This document shows, piece by piece, positions 1-8,528 of a stretch of 64,000 nt of DNA (its first letter is position 1; each line of letters begins with the position of its first letter). The position numbers were made by a program, and so were the translations under genes. The stretch comes from Candidatus Magasanikbacteria bacterium UBA922. Lineage in GTDB: Bacteria; Patescibacteriota; Patescibacteriia; Magasanikbacterales; UBA922. The notes beneath the pieces are model-generated. The model had not been told where the DNA came from. It saw only the letters and a program-made list of their open reading frames with translations, and searched no databases. Location: the NCBI GenBank assembly GCA_002293825.1, contig DBDW01000011.1:9436-73435 (forward strand), written 5' to 3'.

Positions 1-111
1 ACGCTTCAACAAAAGCACACCGCTACCCACAAGAATCATACACACAATCACGATTGCAAGTAGAATCCACGGCCATCGGCGTTTCTTTTTATGAAGCTGA
101 GAAAATGACAT
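1..111 (-). CDS. partial CDS at window edge; N-terminal membrane segment (translation MSFSQLHKKKRRWPWILLAIVIVCMILVGSGVLLLKR...)
   Basis: Manual reverse-complement translation of bases 1-111. An ATG at 109-111 is followed by a hydrophobic helix. The ORF runs off the window. Confidence 0.3.
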   Translation of the reverse strand, partial: MSFSQLHKKKRRWPWILLAIVIVCMILVGSGVLLLKR

Positions 112-129
112 ACAAAATATTCTAAATAT

Positions 130-1614
130 TTATCGCTTCTTCTGTGAAACATTGAACCCAAGATATTTTCCACGCATCAAATGCGTTACCGCATCAATTC
201 CAGGTAACGCAGCCACAAACAACATCGAAATTGGTAACAATATCCATTGCAACAACATGATAATATACAAATGCCGTGGATGAGATTCAGGACGAGGAGG
301 TAGCAAAGGAAAACTCAAAATAGCAGACAAAATCAATCCGAGCATTGCGCTCGTCATAAGAATTTCAAGTAAATGTGGCGCATTGAAATATAATGCACTT
401 TGTCGAATACTCGGACTCGCAATCCACAACGGAAAACGACCAAGTAATGTAATCATAAGTGCAGCAACACACCACGACCACTTTCCCTCCCACTCGATAA
501 ACACCCATTTGAATTTAGTATACCACGGTATCAGGTTACCCTTCTTCCGAAATTCCCACAATAAATACGGCACATGTTCCACTCCCCACGCCCATCGACG
601 CTGTTGTCGATATAAATTTTTAATACTCTGCCACCATGAATCATCTCGAACGGTATCCATAGATACCGGAATATACAGAGGAGTGACTTCGTATTTTCCA
701 TTATATGCAAGAAGACATTGATAAAAAATGCGTGAGTCCTCAGACACGATACGCTTATCATGAAATCCTGCATCCACCAATGCTCTAAAACTCATCGAAT
801 GAGAAGAAAAAGTCACCAGAGAATCTTGACGAGCAAGTGACATCATCATCCAAAAAGTCGTACCAAATGCCATGATACGAAGAACAGACGGTGATTCCCA
901 CATATTGTTGTTATACAATGCAATCGGCTGGTATGAGCTTCGTGTAGGATTGGGATGTGTCGCATACACATAGGTAAGATAACTAAAATAATCCGGATGA
1001 CACACGGTATCAATATCAAACACCGTAACAATCACGTCTTCATACTTCCACCCATTTCGATCCACATATTCTCGTGCTTTTCCTTCTGCATAGTGCAAGT
1101 TGGAACCCTTGCCTGGAATTTCATTCGGCAAATCTTTAGGATGAAGGGTAAACATAATATGATGAAACGAATCAGTAAAACGATGCTTCACCCGATCAAA
1201 AATATCTCGACAATGCGCTTCCTGAACTTCCTCTCCTGCTATCACGATGGTAAATGCACGCGGATCATATACCGATCGAGCCACACTCTGAATCGCATCT
1301 TCTACCACATCCCACGTCTCATTGAACACCGTCAAAAATACCACATGCTGATATCGATCTGCCGAAGCAATATCATGTACTAGTGCATCCTTCCAATCAA
1401 TAGAACGCACTCGACGATAACGTACCCACGAAACGATCAGATAAAACGCAAAATTAAATACCTTGAGCACCCAATAAATATCAAAAATGATGATGAAATA
1501 AATCATCGCTAATGGGTACACAAAAGACAAAAGAACACTTAAAATAAGCGTTCCCCACACCGTAAGTCCAGGGAGTATTTCATATAATCGATATCGCTGA
1601 TAGGGCGAAAGCAT
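130..1614 (-). CDS. membrane-bound processive family-2 glycosyltransferase (cellulose-synthase-like)
   Basis: 494-aa ORF with a GT-A catalytic region and several TM helices. It carries the QxxRW motif (QQRRWAWG) typical of processive GT2 enzymes. Confidence 0.65.
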   Translation of the reverse strand: MLSPYQRYRLYEILPGLTVWGTLILSVLLSFVYPLAMIYFIIIFDIYWVLKVFNFAFYLIVSWVRYRRVRSIDWKDALVHDIASADRYQHVVFLTVFNETWDVVEDAIQSVARSVYDPRAFTIVIAGEEVQEAHCRDIFDRVKHRFTDSFHHIMFTLHPKDLPNEIPGKGSNLHYAEGKAREYVDRNGWKYEDVIVTVFDIDTVCHPDYFSYLTYVYATHPNPTRSSYQPIALYNNNMWESPSVLRIMAFGTTFWMMMSLARQDSLVTFSSHSMSFRALVDAGFHDKRIVSEDSRIFYQCLLAYNGKYEVTPLYIPVSMDTVRDDSWWQSIKNLYRQQRRWAWGVEHVPYLLWEFRKKGNLIPWYTKFKWVFIEWEGKWSWCVAALMITLLGRFPLWIASPSIRQSALYFNAPHLLEILMTSAMLGLILSAILSFPLLPPRPESHPRHLYIIMLLQWILLPISMLFVAALPGIDAVTHLMRGKYLGFNVSQKKR

Positions 1615-1616
1615 AG

Positions 1617-2006
1617 TTACGTAGAAGTAGTAATGCCAATATGTGGCTCTCCACTATATGTAGGGCTCAAATATACACCCACAGGTACACGAGAAATATG
1701 TGCTTCGACTGATTGAAAGGTTACATTCGCATTCGAGAGAATCCCCACAACAGGGATATGTAATGCATACGCACATGCATTACCGATAACACTCGCAATA
1801 CGAGTACTCGAAAAAGAACCTTCACCCACTAAAATTACAATACCCGAGATATCCTGCGGACTCATACCTTCGGTCTCCAAAACAGTGGCAATAACACGTA
1901 ATAATTCCCTATTTTTTTCAGTCACCACCACCCGTTTTTCACGATCAGGAAAAAGTAGTGTTATACTAATTTCAGCATATACTGAAGGGTCAATAAACAA
2001 ATACAT
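1617..2006 (-). CDS. tsaB: tRNA threonylcarbamoyladenosine biosynthesis protein TsaB (YeaZ-like, inactive Kae1 paralog)
   Basis: 129 aa with the GSFSSTRIA motif matching the TsaB/YeaZ GSFTGLRIG signature. It is small and lacks metal-binding His residues. Confidence 0.6.
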   Translation of the reverse strand: MYLFIDPSVYAEISITLLFPDREKRVVVTEKNRELLRVIATVLETEGMSPQDISGIVILVGEGSFSSTRIASVIGNACAYALHIPVVGILSNANVTFQSVEAHISRVPVGVYLSPTYSGEPHIGITTST

Positions 2007-2054
2007 ACAGTAACAAAATGAAACCTATCTTAAAATTAGTACGTGTACACTGCA

Positions 2055-2663
2055 TTACCTCCCTTTCGTCACCCCAATCGTATCAACGACAGTAATATGT
2101 TCGGCCTCAAAAATCGAATATAAAAATTTATCCATCACATATCGTCGATCTGCAAATTCATCCTCACCCATAATCGTATACCGTATCTCAAATCCAAGCT
2201 CTTTTTGATAATGCTCGACCATTTTTGCCAACGCACGAAGCTTTACCGAACCCACAACCAATAAATCTGTCGGAACCTTGTGATCATTCGTGAACGATCC
2301 GGTCAAAACCAATAATTTGATTTCCCCAATCTTGGTTGATAAATCTTCGATAAACTGTTTTTGTTCGATAACAGTCTCCTTGATAAGAAGTGCTTGTAAT
2401 TCAGAGTACAAAAGTGACGCAGGATTAAGCTGATAATATTTTCGAAGTGAAGCACCTGCTTTTTCCATATCTTTTGGTTGCTCATCCATTTTTTCAAGGA
2501 TGATATCCAATCCTAATAACAATTCCAATTCACGACGTACTGCATTGATCTGGACACCGACCTCTCGAGAAAGTTCACGGACAAAAAAAGCTCGCTCTGG
2601 TTGACGGTAGAGGAGCTTGAGTATCTTGACTCGAGTCTTTGAGCCAAATAAGTGTTCGAGCAT
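2055..2663 (-). CDS. winged-helix (ArsR/MarR-like) transcriptional regulator with uncharacterised C-terminal domain
   Basis: N-terminal region (KTRVKILKLLYRQPERAFFVRELSREVGVQINAVRRELELL) has a typical wHTH pattern. It is divergent from the 2736..5036 gene. Confidence 0.45.
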   Translation of the reverse strand: MLEHLFGSKTRVKILKLLYRQPERAFFVRELSREVGVQINAVRRELELLLGLDIILEKMDEQPKDMEKAGASLRKYYQLNPASLLYSELQALLIKETVIEQKQFIEDLSTKIGEIKLLVLTGSFTNDHKVPTDLLVVGSVKLRALAKMVEHYQKELGFEIRYTIMGEDEFADRRYVMDKFLYSIFEAEHITVVDTIGVTKGR

Positions 2664-2735
2664 ACGAGAAAAAAAGACGTAACTGAGCGGAATTTCAAAA
2701 TATCATTGCCGACGTATAACGGGGTATAGTATACT

Positions 2736-5036
2736 ATGCTTATAAGCAACGTGTCAAAAGATATGCGAATCAAAAGTGACGTATACGAATTTTTTGTAGA
2801 AGGAAAAAATCATCACCTATCCCACGTGTTGCTCCATATCGCATCCCCTGGAAAACCAGATGGAGAAAATCAGGGATATTTTTTTGTACTCGCCGAAATG
2901 GATAACCCCGAAGCTGCAATCCTTCACACCCTTGAAGACCTTATTCGAGATGGAGAAAATTTATACTATGGAGGATATGACGGTGAAACCATGCAGGCAC
3001 CCGATCCTGAAACACGACACTTTGAATCAGTCATTGAAAAACTCAATCGCAAAGCAAAAACATTACTATCAAATGAGCGAGCCTACAAAATTCACATGGC
3101 TGTCGGGGTGATACGAAACAATCGACTCTCATTTGCATATCGAGGAGAACTGTGCGCATTACTCGCATATATGAGTGCAGAAGGCCCTTCATATACCTCA
3201 ATCACAGACGAAGCATCGTATCCAGAGCACATGTTTTTTTCGTCAGTTATCGAAGGAAATTTTACTACAGACGAAGCGGTATACCTCTCTACCCCGCACA
3301 TCACCAAATATCTCTCTTCTGATCGTATCGCAAAAATGATTGTGGGAAAACCTGCAAAACAATCAATACAACAAATCCAAAAGACACTCGAAGGAATCTC
3401 ATCTGAATATTCATTCGGTGGTATTGTAATCACTGGTTCTGAAATACACACCGAGATACCCAAAGCCCCAAAACCAAACTACCGCACCAATATCGGATCA
3501 GAAGAATCAATGGATCGACTACTAGACACCACCCGCTCGACTGAAGACACTTTGTCACCAAAAGTCTTTTCTCATATTGCAAAAACATTTGCAGGAGGAT
3601 TCAAAAAAAACGAAGAATCAGAAGAAGATGTTCCTGTACTACATGCAACAAAAGAAACCAATCCAGGCAAATACCGCCGAAAACGACGCGCCGAACAAAT
3701 ACCTACATACGATACAGGGGGCTCATTATTAATTATACTCGGGAAAATAATCGTATGGACAACAAAAGCATTGTTCTACGTAATAAAAACACTAAGTATC
3801 GCACTTGGTAAATTCCTCGCAATCTTCTGGACACTTGCCACCAATTACAATGGGGGTAGAAAAATCCTACTTGAACAATACGCTGATGCACGACAGCGAA
3901 TGGTAGATAAATTCACCGCACTGGGAATCTTCGGAAAAATTCTTCTTCTCATTCTCATTATCGGAATTGGCATTCTCACTGGAAGTATTATATATACCAA
4001 AGAAAAAGAAAAAGTAATGGCTCGTGAAGAAGCATATGCATCTGAAATGGCTCTCCTTATCGATACAAAAAAAGAAATTGACGCATATGTGCTGTATGGC
4101 GATCATGCGAAAGCGCTTGAATCACTTCGTACAATAGACGCAAAACTTGCAACACTCACACATGACACACCAGAAAAACAAAAACGTGCAGATGATCTAA
4201 AAAGTGAATTACACACACTCCTCTTGAAAGTACAAAAAATCACCGCTATCATCCCTGAGAAAATAGTCGACATTCGAGAAGCGCACGAAAATGCACGCAC
4301 TGACGCACTCGTATTCATGGGTGATCGCTTGGTGGCAAGCGGCACAAACGATACAGGCCTATACTTCATCTCCACTCTTACCGGTCTCATCGAAAAGAAA
4401 AATGTAGAAACTGCACACCGTCTCGCATATGGTTACGTAGCAAAAGATGCCTCACAACTCGTATTCACCTCTGGAGATAATACAATCGTGGCATACTCCA
4501 CAGACACCGATAGTATTGCTTCAAAAACAATCACCTATCCCAATCAAAATGTCGTACTCTCGGATATTGCGCTCTACAATGGACGTCTCTATACACTCGA
4601 CCGAGCAAATGGAGCACTCTATCGCCACAATCCCACACAAATAGGTTTCGATAATGGTACCTCATGGGTAACCTCACAAACCGACCCGACACAATTAAAA
4701 AACGCAATCTCATTTGCACTCGATGGAGACCTCTACGCACTTACCGAAAACGGAAAAGTACTCAAATATTCAGCCGGGGTAGAGCAACTATTTACCATAC
4801 AAGGCCTTGACCCAGTCCTCGAATCCCCTACTCAAATCGAGACCAAAAGTGAATTTGCAAATATCTACATTCTCGAACCATCAAAAAAACGTATTATTGT
4901 GCTCGATAAAAATGGAAATTTCAAAAAACAATTCCAATCAGACACATGGATCAATCCTACCGGATTTGCAATTACAGACACCGAAAAAGAAGCATACGTA
5001 CTCGATGCTACGACCGTGTATAAATTTAAATTGTAG
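2736..5036 (+). CDS. hypothetical membrane protein with C-terminal beta-propeller-like repeats
   Basis: 766 aa. Two or three central TM helices (LLIILGKIIVWTTKALFYVIKTLSIALGKFLAIFW; ILLLILIIGIGILTGSIIY). The C-terminus has repeated YxLD / DGxLYxL blades. Confidence 0.5.
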   Translation: MLISNVSKDMRIKSDVYEFFVEGKNHHLSHVLLHIASPGKPDGENQGYFFVLAEMDNPEAAILHTLEDLIRDGENLYYGGYDGETMQAPDPETRHFESVIEKLNRKAKTLLSNERAYKIHMAVGVIRNNRLSFAYRGELCALLAYMSAEGPSYTSITDEASYPEHMFFSSVIEGNFTTDEAVYLSTPHITKYLSSDRIAKMIVGKPAKQSIQQIQKTLEGISSEYSFGGIVITGSEIHTEIPKAPKPNYRTNIGSEESMDRLLDTTRSTEDTLSPKVFSHIAKTFAGGFKKNEESEEDVPVLHATKETNPGKYRRKRRAEQIPTYDTGGSLLIILGKIIVWTTKALFYVIKTLSIALGKFLAIFWTLATNYNGGRKILLEQYADARQRMVDKFTALGIFGKILLLILIIGIGILTGSIIYTKEKEKVMAREEAYASEMALLIDTKKEIDAYVLYGDHAKALESLRTIDAKLATLTHDTPEKQKRADDLKSELHTLLLKVQKITAIIPEKIVDIREAHENARTDALVFMGDRLVASGTNDTGLYFISTLTGLIEKKNVETAHRLAYGYVAKDASQLVFTSGDNTIVAYSTDTDSIASKTITYPNQNVVLSDIALYNGRLYTLDRANGALYRHNPTQIGFDNGTSWVTSQTDPTQLKNAISFALDGDLYALTENGKVLKYSAGVEQLFTIQGLDPVLESPTQIETKSEFANIYILEPSKKRIIVLDKNGNFKKQFQSDTWINPTGFAITDTEKEAYVLDATTVYKFKL

Positions 5037-5110
5037 TTGAGAGTCAGAAACCAAAAGTATCGTTAGTTTTTTATTTTACCTATTGACTCCTGACTTTGAA
5101 CTTCCCACTA

Positions 5111-5149
5111 AAAAAAACAAAAACTCCTCGATTTTCACGAGGAGTTTTT
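5111..5149. terminator. bidirectional rho-independent terminator between the 2736..5036 gene and rplL
   Basis: Perfect hairpin CTCCTCG-attttca-CGAGGAG flanked by A-run and T-run on both strands. Confidence 0.6.
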
Positions 5150-5165
5150 ATGAGTTGAGGTAAAA

Positions 5166-5570
5166 TTACTTCAAGGTAACTTTTCCACCAGCTTCTTCAA
5201 TTTTCTTTTTCATTTCTTCAGCTTCAGCTTTAGCTACTTTTTCCTTGACTGCTTTTGGAGCTCCGTCAACAAGTGCTTTTGCTTCAGCAAGTCCGAGACC
5301 AGTGATTTCCTTCACCACCTTGATCACCGCGATTTTGTTTGCACCTGCATCAGTAAGTTCTACGGTAAAATCACTCTTCTCTTCAGCCGCTGCTGCTCCT
5401 GCTGCTGCTGGAGCTGCCATCATCATTGCTGGCGCTGCTGCTGATACACCGAATTTTTCTTCAAGAACCTTTACAAGTTCTGAGAGATCGAGCACAGACA
5501 TCTTTTCAATCTCACTTACGAGAGACTGAAATTTTGCTGGTACTTCTACTACTTTCTTTTCGTCTGACAT
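5166..5570 (-). CDS. rplL: 50S ribosomal protein L7/L12
   Basis: 134 aa. It has an Ala-rich hinge and the canonical C-terminal domain ([32 protein letters not shown]). Confidence 0.95.
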   Translation of the reverse strand: MSDEKKVVEVPAKFQSLVSEIEKMSVLDLSELVKVLEEKFGVSAAAPAMMMAAPAAAGAAAAEEKSDFTVELTDAGANKIAVIKVVKEITGLGLAEAKALVDGAPKAVKEKVAKAEAEEMKKKIEEAGGKVTLK

Positions 5571-5591
5571 AATAGAATAATTTAATATATA

Positions 5592-6116
5592 TTAAGCTGT
5601 TTTAGTATCTTTGATTGCATTAAGTGCGGTCACAAGTCCGCGGATATTTCCAGCAAGTACATTCACAAATCCAGATACTGGAGCATTGAGTGTACCGACC
5701 AATTGTCCGAGAAGTTGTTGCTTGTTTGGCAATTGTGACAATGCAGTTACTTTAGCACCATCGATAAATGCACCTTCGAGAATACCACCGAAGAGTTTTA
5801 CCGCTTCGTGAGTTTTCGCAAAATTTGCAAGAATCTGTGCAGGAGCAACCTCATCATTCAATCCAAATACGACAGACACAGCACCATCGAAACTTTTCGG
5901 ATCAGCTTCGATTCCAGCATCTTTGAGCGCACGCGCGACCAAGGTTTTCTTGGCAGCAACATACGAGACACCTTCTTTTCGGCACAATCGTCGAAGTTCT
6001 TCTGATTCTTTCACTTTGAGGCCCTGGAAGTTGGCAAATACGACCGACTTCGATTGCTTCATGGAGTCAACCAGGATACTAAACGCCTGTTCTTTTTGTT
6101 CTCTGGTTTTTGGCAT
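5592..6116 (-). CDS. rplJ: 50S ribosomal protein L10
   Basis: 174 aa L10 fold immediately upstream of rplL. Classical rplJ-rplL arrangement. Confidence 0.93.
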   Translation of the reverse strand: MPKTREQKEQAFSILVDSMKQSKSVVFANFQGLKVKESEELRRLCRKEGVSYVAAKKTLVARALKDAGIEADPKSFDGAVSVVFGLNDEVAPAQILANFAKTHEAVKLFGGILEGAFIDGAKVTALSQLPNKQQLLGQLVGTLNAPVSGFVNVLAGNIRGLVTALNAIKDTKTA

Positions 6117-6250
6117 ACAGAGTAATAAAAAATGTGGTTTTTTGAACCACAGACTTTTTCGGTATAACTCGACCTTTACCCGGTCGAATGACCGGATACG
6201 TGTTACCTCGGTAGCATATTTAATCCTCCAAATCAGAGGAAGCTACTGTC
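6117..6250 (-). promoter_or_regulatory. putative L10 (rplJ) leader, structured 5' UTR
   Basis: About 135-nt untranslated leader between the predicted promoter and the rplJ ATG. It contains hairpins (ccggtcattcgaccgg; tgtggttcaaaaaaccaca). The position matches the autoregulatory L10 leader. Assigned by position and structure only. Confidence 0.3.
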
Positions 6251-6253
6251 TAT

Positions 6254-6282
6254 GGTGAGAAGATAATACCAAGAAAAAAGAC
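6254..6282 (-). promoter_or_regulatory. consensus sigma70-type promoter for rplJ-rplL (TTGACA-17-TATTAT)
   Basis: Minus strand reads TTGACAgacgtcttttttcttggTATTAT. The -35 is perfect and the spacer is 17 bp. Confidence 0.5.
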
Positions 6283-6349
6283 GTCTGTCAAGTAATAAAA
6301 CCAATTGCTTAAAATAAGCTCCGCATAGCAAAAAAACAACGTCCTACAC

Positions 6350-6378
6350 TTGACAAAAAGGCTTAAATATGCTATTAT
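6350..6378 (+). promoter_or_regulatory. consensus sigma70-type promoter (TTGACA-17-TATTAT) driving the high-GC glycosyltransferase
   Basis: Plus strand reads TTGACAaaaaggcttaaatatgcTATTAT. It is divergent from the rplJ promoter and 67 bp from it. Confidence 0.5.
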
Positions 6379-6493
6379 ATACGGTTCACCATAGCGTGGT
6401 GGGCCGTCCCAAAATGCCTCAAATGGGTACCAAAGGATAAAGTGTCTAAGAACTTCCAAAAGCCCTTAAGAGGGGTCAAAAGGAGCACGCATC

Positions 6494-7267
6494 ATGCGTG
6501 ACAAGCTCGCCGCTACGGCGGCCATCGTTCGTTCGTTCAACAACAAACACGTCGAGAAGCAGGTCCGGAACCTCCGCAACGCCGGCATCAGCCGGGTGAT
6601 CGTCGTGTCCGACGCCACCCGTGACAAGGGTGCGACCCGTGGGTTCCTCGCGGGCCTCCTCGAGAGCGGCAACGTGCAGCTCATCGAGATGCACGAAGGG
6701 TACTCGTGGTCGAACGCCCTCAACATCGCCTTGAAGGCGGTGCTGATGGCGAACATCAGGACGCGGAACCAGTTCCGCTTCATCCTGAACGTTTCTGTGG
6801 AAGCGCAGTTCACGAGCACCCACCTCGAGACCATGCTCGATGCGGCGACCAACGACCTGTCGATCGGGGTCGTCGGAACCTCCTTCCAAGGGAAGCAGGA
6901 CGGCAACGTCATCTCCCTGGGCAGATCCTACCGCCACCCCCGAAATACGGGGATGCTGATCCGGATCGAAGCGTTCGGTCCGATGATGGGCGGCTTCGAC
7001 GCGCGCTGTGACTCGATCGGTGGGATGGAGGACATCGACTACATTCTCGGCATGTTGTCGGTGAGTAACTTCACCTACAAGATGCTGGACCTCCAGGTCC
7101 CACTCGTGGTCGGTGCAAACTACCACCAGCCGACCAAGGAGAAGAACGAGCAGGCGGCGATGGACAAGATCATCGCCCACTGGCTCGGGCTCTTCCCCGT
7201 CGGCACCAACGAGCGCCAGCGGATCGAGGACGCCATCTCGAAGATGGCTCTCGACCACCGCGACTAG
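6494..7267 (+). CDS. family-2 (GT-A fold) glycosyltransferase encoded by a ~65% GC, GC3-rich gene; compositionally foreign
   Basis: Strong SD (AAGGAG, 9 nt before the ATG). GT2 motifs are present: AAIVRSFNN resembles SIVIPTYN; RVIVVSDATRDKG resembles VVDDGSTDGT; SWSNALNIALKAV resembles GKGAALNAG; GGFDAR...GMEDIDYILGM resembles GGFDE...EDxDLxxR. Two terminators follow. Codon usage is of high-GC actinobacterial style. Confidence 0.75.
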   Translation: MRDKLAATAAIVRSFNNKHVEKQVRNLRNAGISRVIVVSDATRDKGATRGFLAGLLESGNVQLIEMHEGYSWSNALNIALKAVLMANIRTRNQFRFILNVSVEAQFTSTHLETMLDAATNDLSIGVVGTSFQGKQDGNVISLGRSYRHPRNTGMLIRIEAFGPMMGGFDARCDSIGGMEDIDYILGMLSVSNFTYKMLDLQVPLVVGANYHQPTKEKNEQAAMDKIIAHWLGLFPVGTNERQRIEDAISKMALDHRD

Positions 7268-7283
7268 CCGAATAAAACGGCAC

Positions 7284-7321
7284 GCCCTGTACTCACACGA
7301 GTACAGGGCTTCTTCATTTTT
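7284..7321 (+). terminator. rho-independent terminator (GCCCTGTACTC-acac-GAGTACAGGGC + TTCTTCATTTTT)
   Basis: 11-bp perfect GC-rich stem and a T-tract, 17 nt after the stop codon. Confidence 0.7.
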
Positions 7322-7329
7322 AGAAAACA

Positions 7330-7356
7330 AAAAATCGCCTTCTGGCGATTTTTATT
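7330..7356. terminator. second, bidirectional terminator (AAAATCGCC-ttct-GGCGATTTT)
   Basis: Stem flanked by A/T runs on both strands. It also serves the convergent minus-strand lipoprotein gene. Confidence 0.6.
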
Positions 7357-7369
7357 GTAGCGCTACGGG
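7357..7369 (-). repeat. 13-bp direct repeat identical to the 3' end of tRNA-Glu (putative attachment-site remnant)
   Basis: gtagcgctacggg at 7357-7369 equals 8455-8467 (last 12 nt of tRNA-Glu plus 1 nt). A chance 13-mer match in this window is expected about 0.002 times. Confidence 0.5.
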
Positions 7370-7507
7370 AACAAGATCTTGAAACCCTGGTGTAAGTGCC
7401 AACACAAATATGGATATCACCTGGTGCACAAAAATTAATTCAGCCAGCTAAAGATGATGCAAAGTCGTTCCAATTCGCTTGAGTCTTCGAAAAATCGAAG
7501 ACCTACG

Positions 7508-8077
7508 TTACTGTGCATTCCATGCATTCAATACTTCCTCATCAATAGGTCGTCGCATCTTTCGAATAGAACCATTTTCAACCCATGTAAGGACTGGTGC
7601 AGTGCGTGGAGTAAAAGTGTTTTCAATGAGATACGTGTATACCGGAACAAGTGCTTTTCCATCAGCCATCTGATACAGACTTGTAAGAGCGCTGAAAGTT
7701 TTGTCTGTGCTCCAAGCATTATATGAGAGACCAATGAATGGCACTCCTTCTGAATTAGTAAATACTCGATACGATTCTGGAGTTGGAGCATACGCATACC
7801 CAAGTGACTTGTAATGCTCAAGGAGTATAGAAAAATCATTGTTCGCAGCAATCGACGTCTCTATAAGTTTAATTGTCGATGTTGCTGCGATAGTTGCACC
7901 ACCACGAATATCATCATAATTTGCATATGATGGAACCTCGTCTGCACGCCAAGTTTCAATTTCTAGATCACTATTCGATGTATTGAGGGATGCAGCCTCA
8001 GGTGTTTTCGGTTCTAAACCACAACCAGTTAGTAACACGAGTAAGACAAGTAGTGAAACAGTGGAGATGAAACGCAT
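7508..8077 (-). CDS. hypothetical lipoprotein
   Basis: Signal peptide with lipobox LLTGC (MRFISTVSLLVLLVLLTGCG). 189 aa. Confidence 0.55.
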   Translation of the reverse strand: MRFISTVSLLVLLVLLTGCGLEPKTPEAASLNTSNSDLEIETWRADEVPSYANYDDIRGGATIAATSTIKLIETSIAANNDFSILLEHYKSLGYAYAPTPESYRVFTNSEGVPFIGLSYNAWSTDKTFSALTSLYQMADGKALVPVYTYLIENTFTPRTAPVLTWVENGSIRKMRRPIDEEVLNAWNAQ

Positions 8078-8083
8078 AATAGT

Positions 8084-8452
8084 CTAGTTAGATATGGAAG
8101 TGATTTGATCAGGTATCCCTGAGTCAACAATGTTGGGATGGGGACGTGTTGTCTCAGCGTCAACCATTCCAACGAACGCACGAACGAAACCTGAAAGTTC
8201 GACCAAGATCTTCATTCGTTCCTCATGCAATAAATTCGGATAAGCTTTCGTGAGTTTCTCTTGAATCTCTAGATTGTCAAAATCAAGATGCGGCATACTG
8301 AGTTGAGTGTAATACTCGAAAACCATGCAGTCAAGGGTCCACGGGGAATCGGACAACTCATAGTTCAATCTAGCGGAGGTCAATTTGAAAAAGTCCGAGC
8401 GAAAACGAAAACATCGCTCGGTTGAGCGATGTTTTCGAGGGAATTTCCCCAT
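8084..8452 (-). CDS. hypothetical protein (true start probably internal, near MVFEYYTQ)
   Basis: ORF present. However its first ~28 codons cover a perfect 13-bp terminator hairpin (8402-8431) that follows tRNA-Glu. The N-terminus is therefore likely over-called. Confidence 0.35.
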   Translation of the reverse strand: MGKFPRKHRSTERCFRFRSDFFKLTSARLNYELSDSPWTLDCMVFEYYTQLSMPHLDFDNLEIQEKLTKAYPNLLHEERMKILVELSGFVRAFVGMVDAETTRPHPNIVDSGIPDQITSISN

Positions 8453-8455
8453 GAG

Positions 8456-8527
8456 TAGCGCTACGGGGAATCGAACCCCGGTTACCAGGATGAAAACCTG
8501 ATGTCCTAACCACTAGACGATAGCGCC
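8456..8527 (-). tRNA. tRNA-Glu (anticodon UUC)
   Basis: Cloverleaf read manually: GGCGCTA acceptor stem, anticodon loop TTTTCAT, T-loop GGTTCGATTCC. The CCA end is not encoded. 72 nt. Confidence 0.88.
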
Positions 8528-8528
8528 A

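Noticed and set aside
5245-6258. Plus-strand ORFs 5245..5529, 5611..5811, 5808..6005, 5923..6258 overlapping rplL and rplJ
   Set aside because: They are antisense to highly conserved ribosomal protein genes, with Ala/Ser-rich translations typical of antisense frames.
6466-7382. Several long ORFs on the minus strand and in other frames (6476..7330, 6466..6912, 6706..7011, 7113..7382) overlapping the high-GC gene
   Set aside because: High GC suppresses stop codons in all frames. The translations are Arg/Val/Asp/His-rich antisense artefacts. Only the plus-strand frame has an SD, GT2 motifs and terminators.
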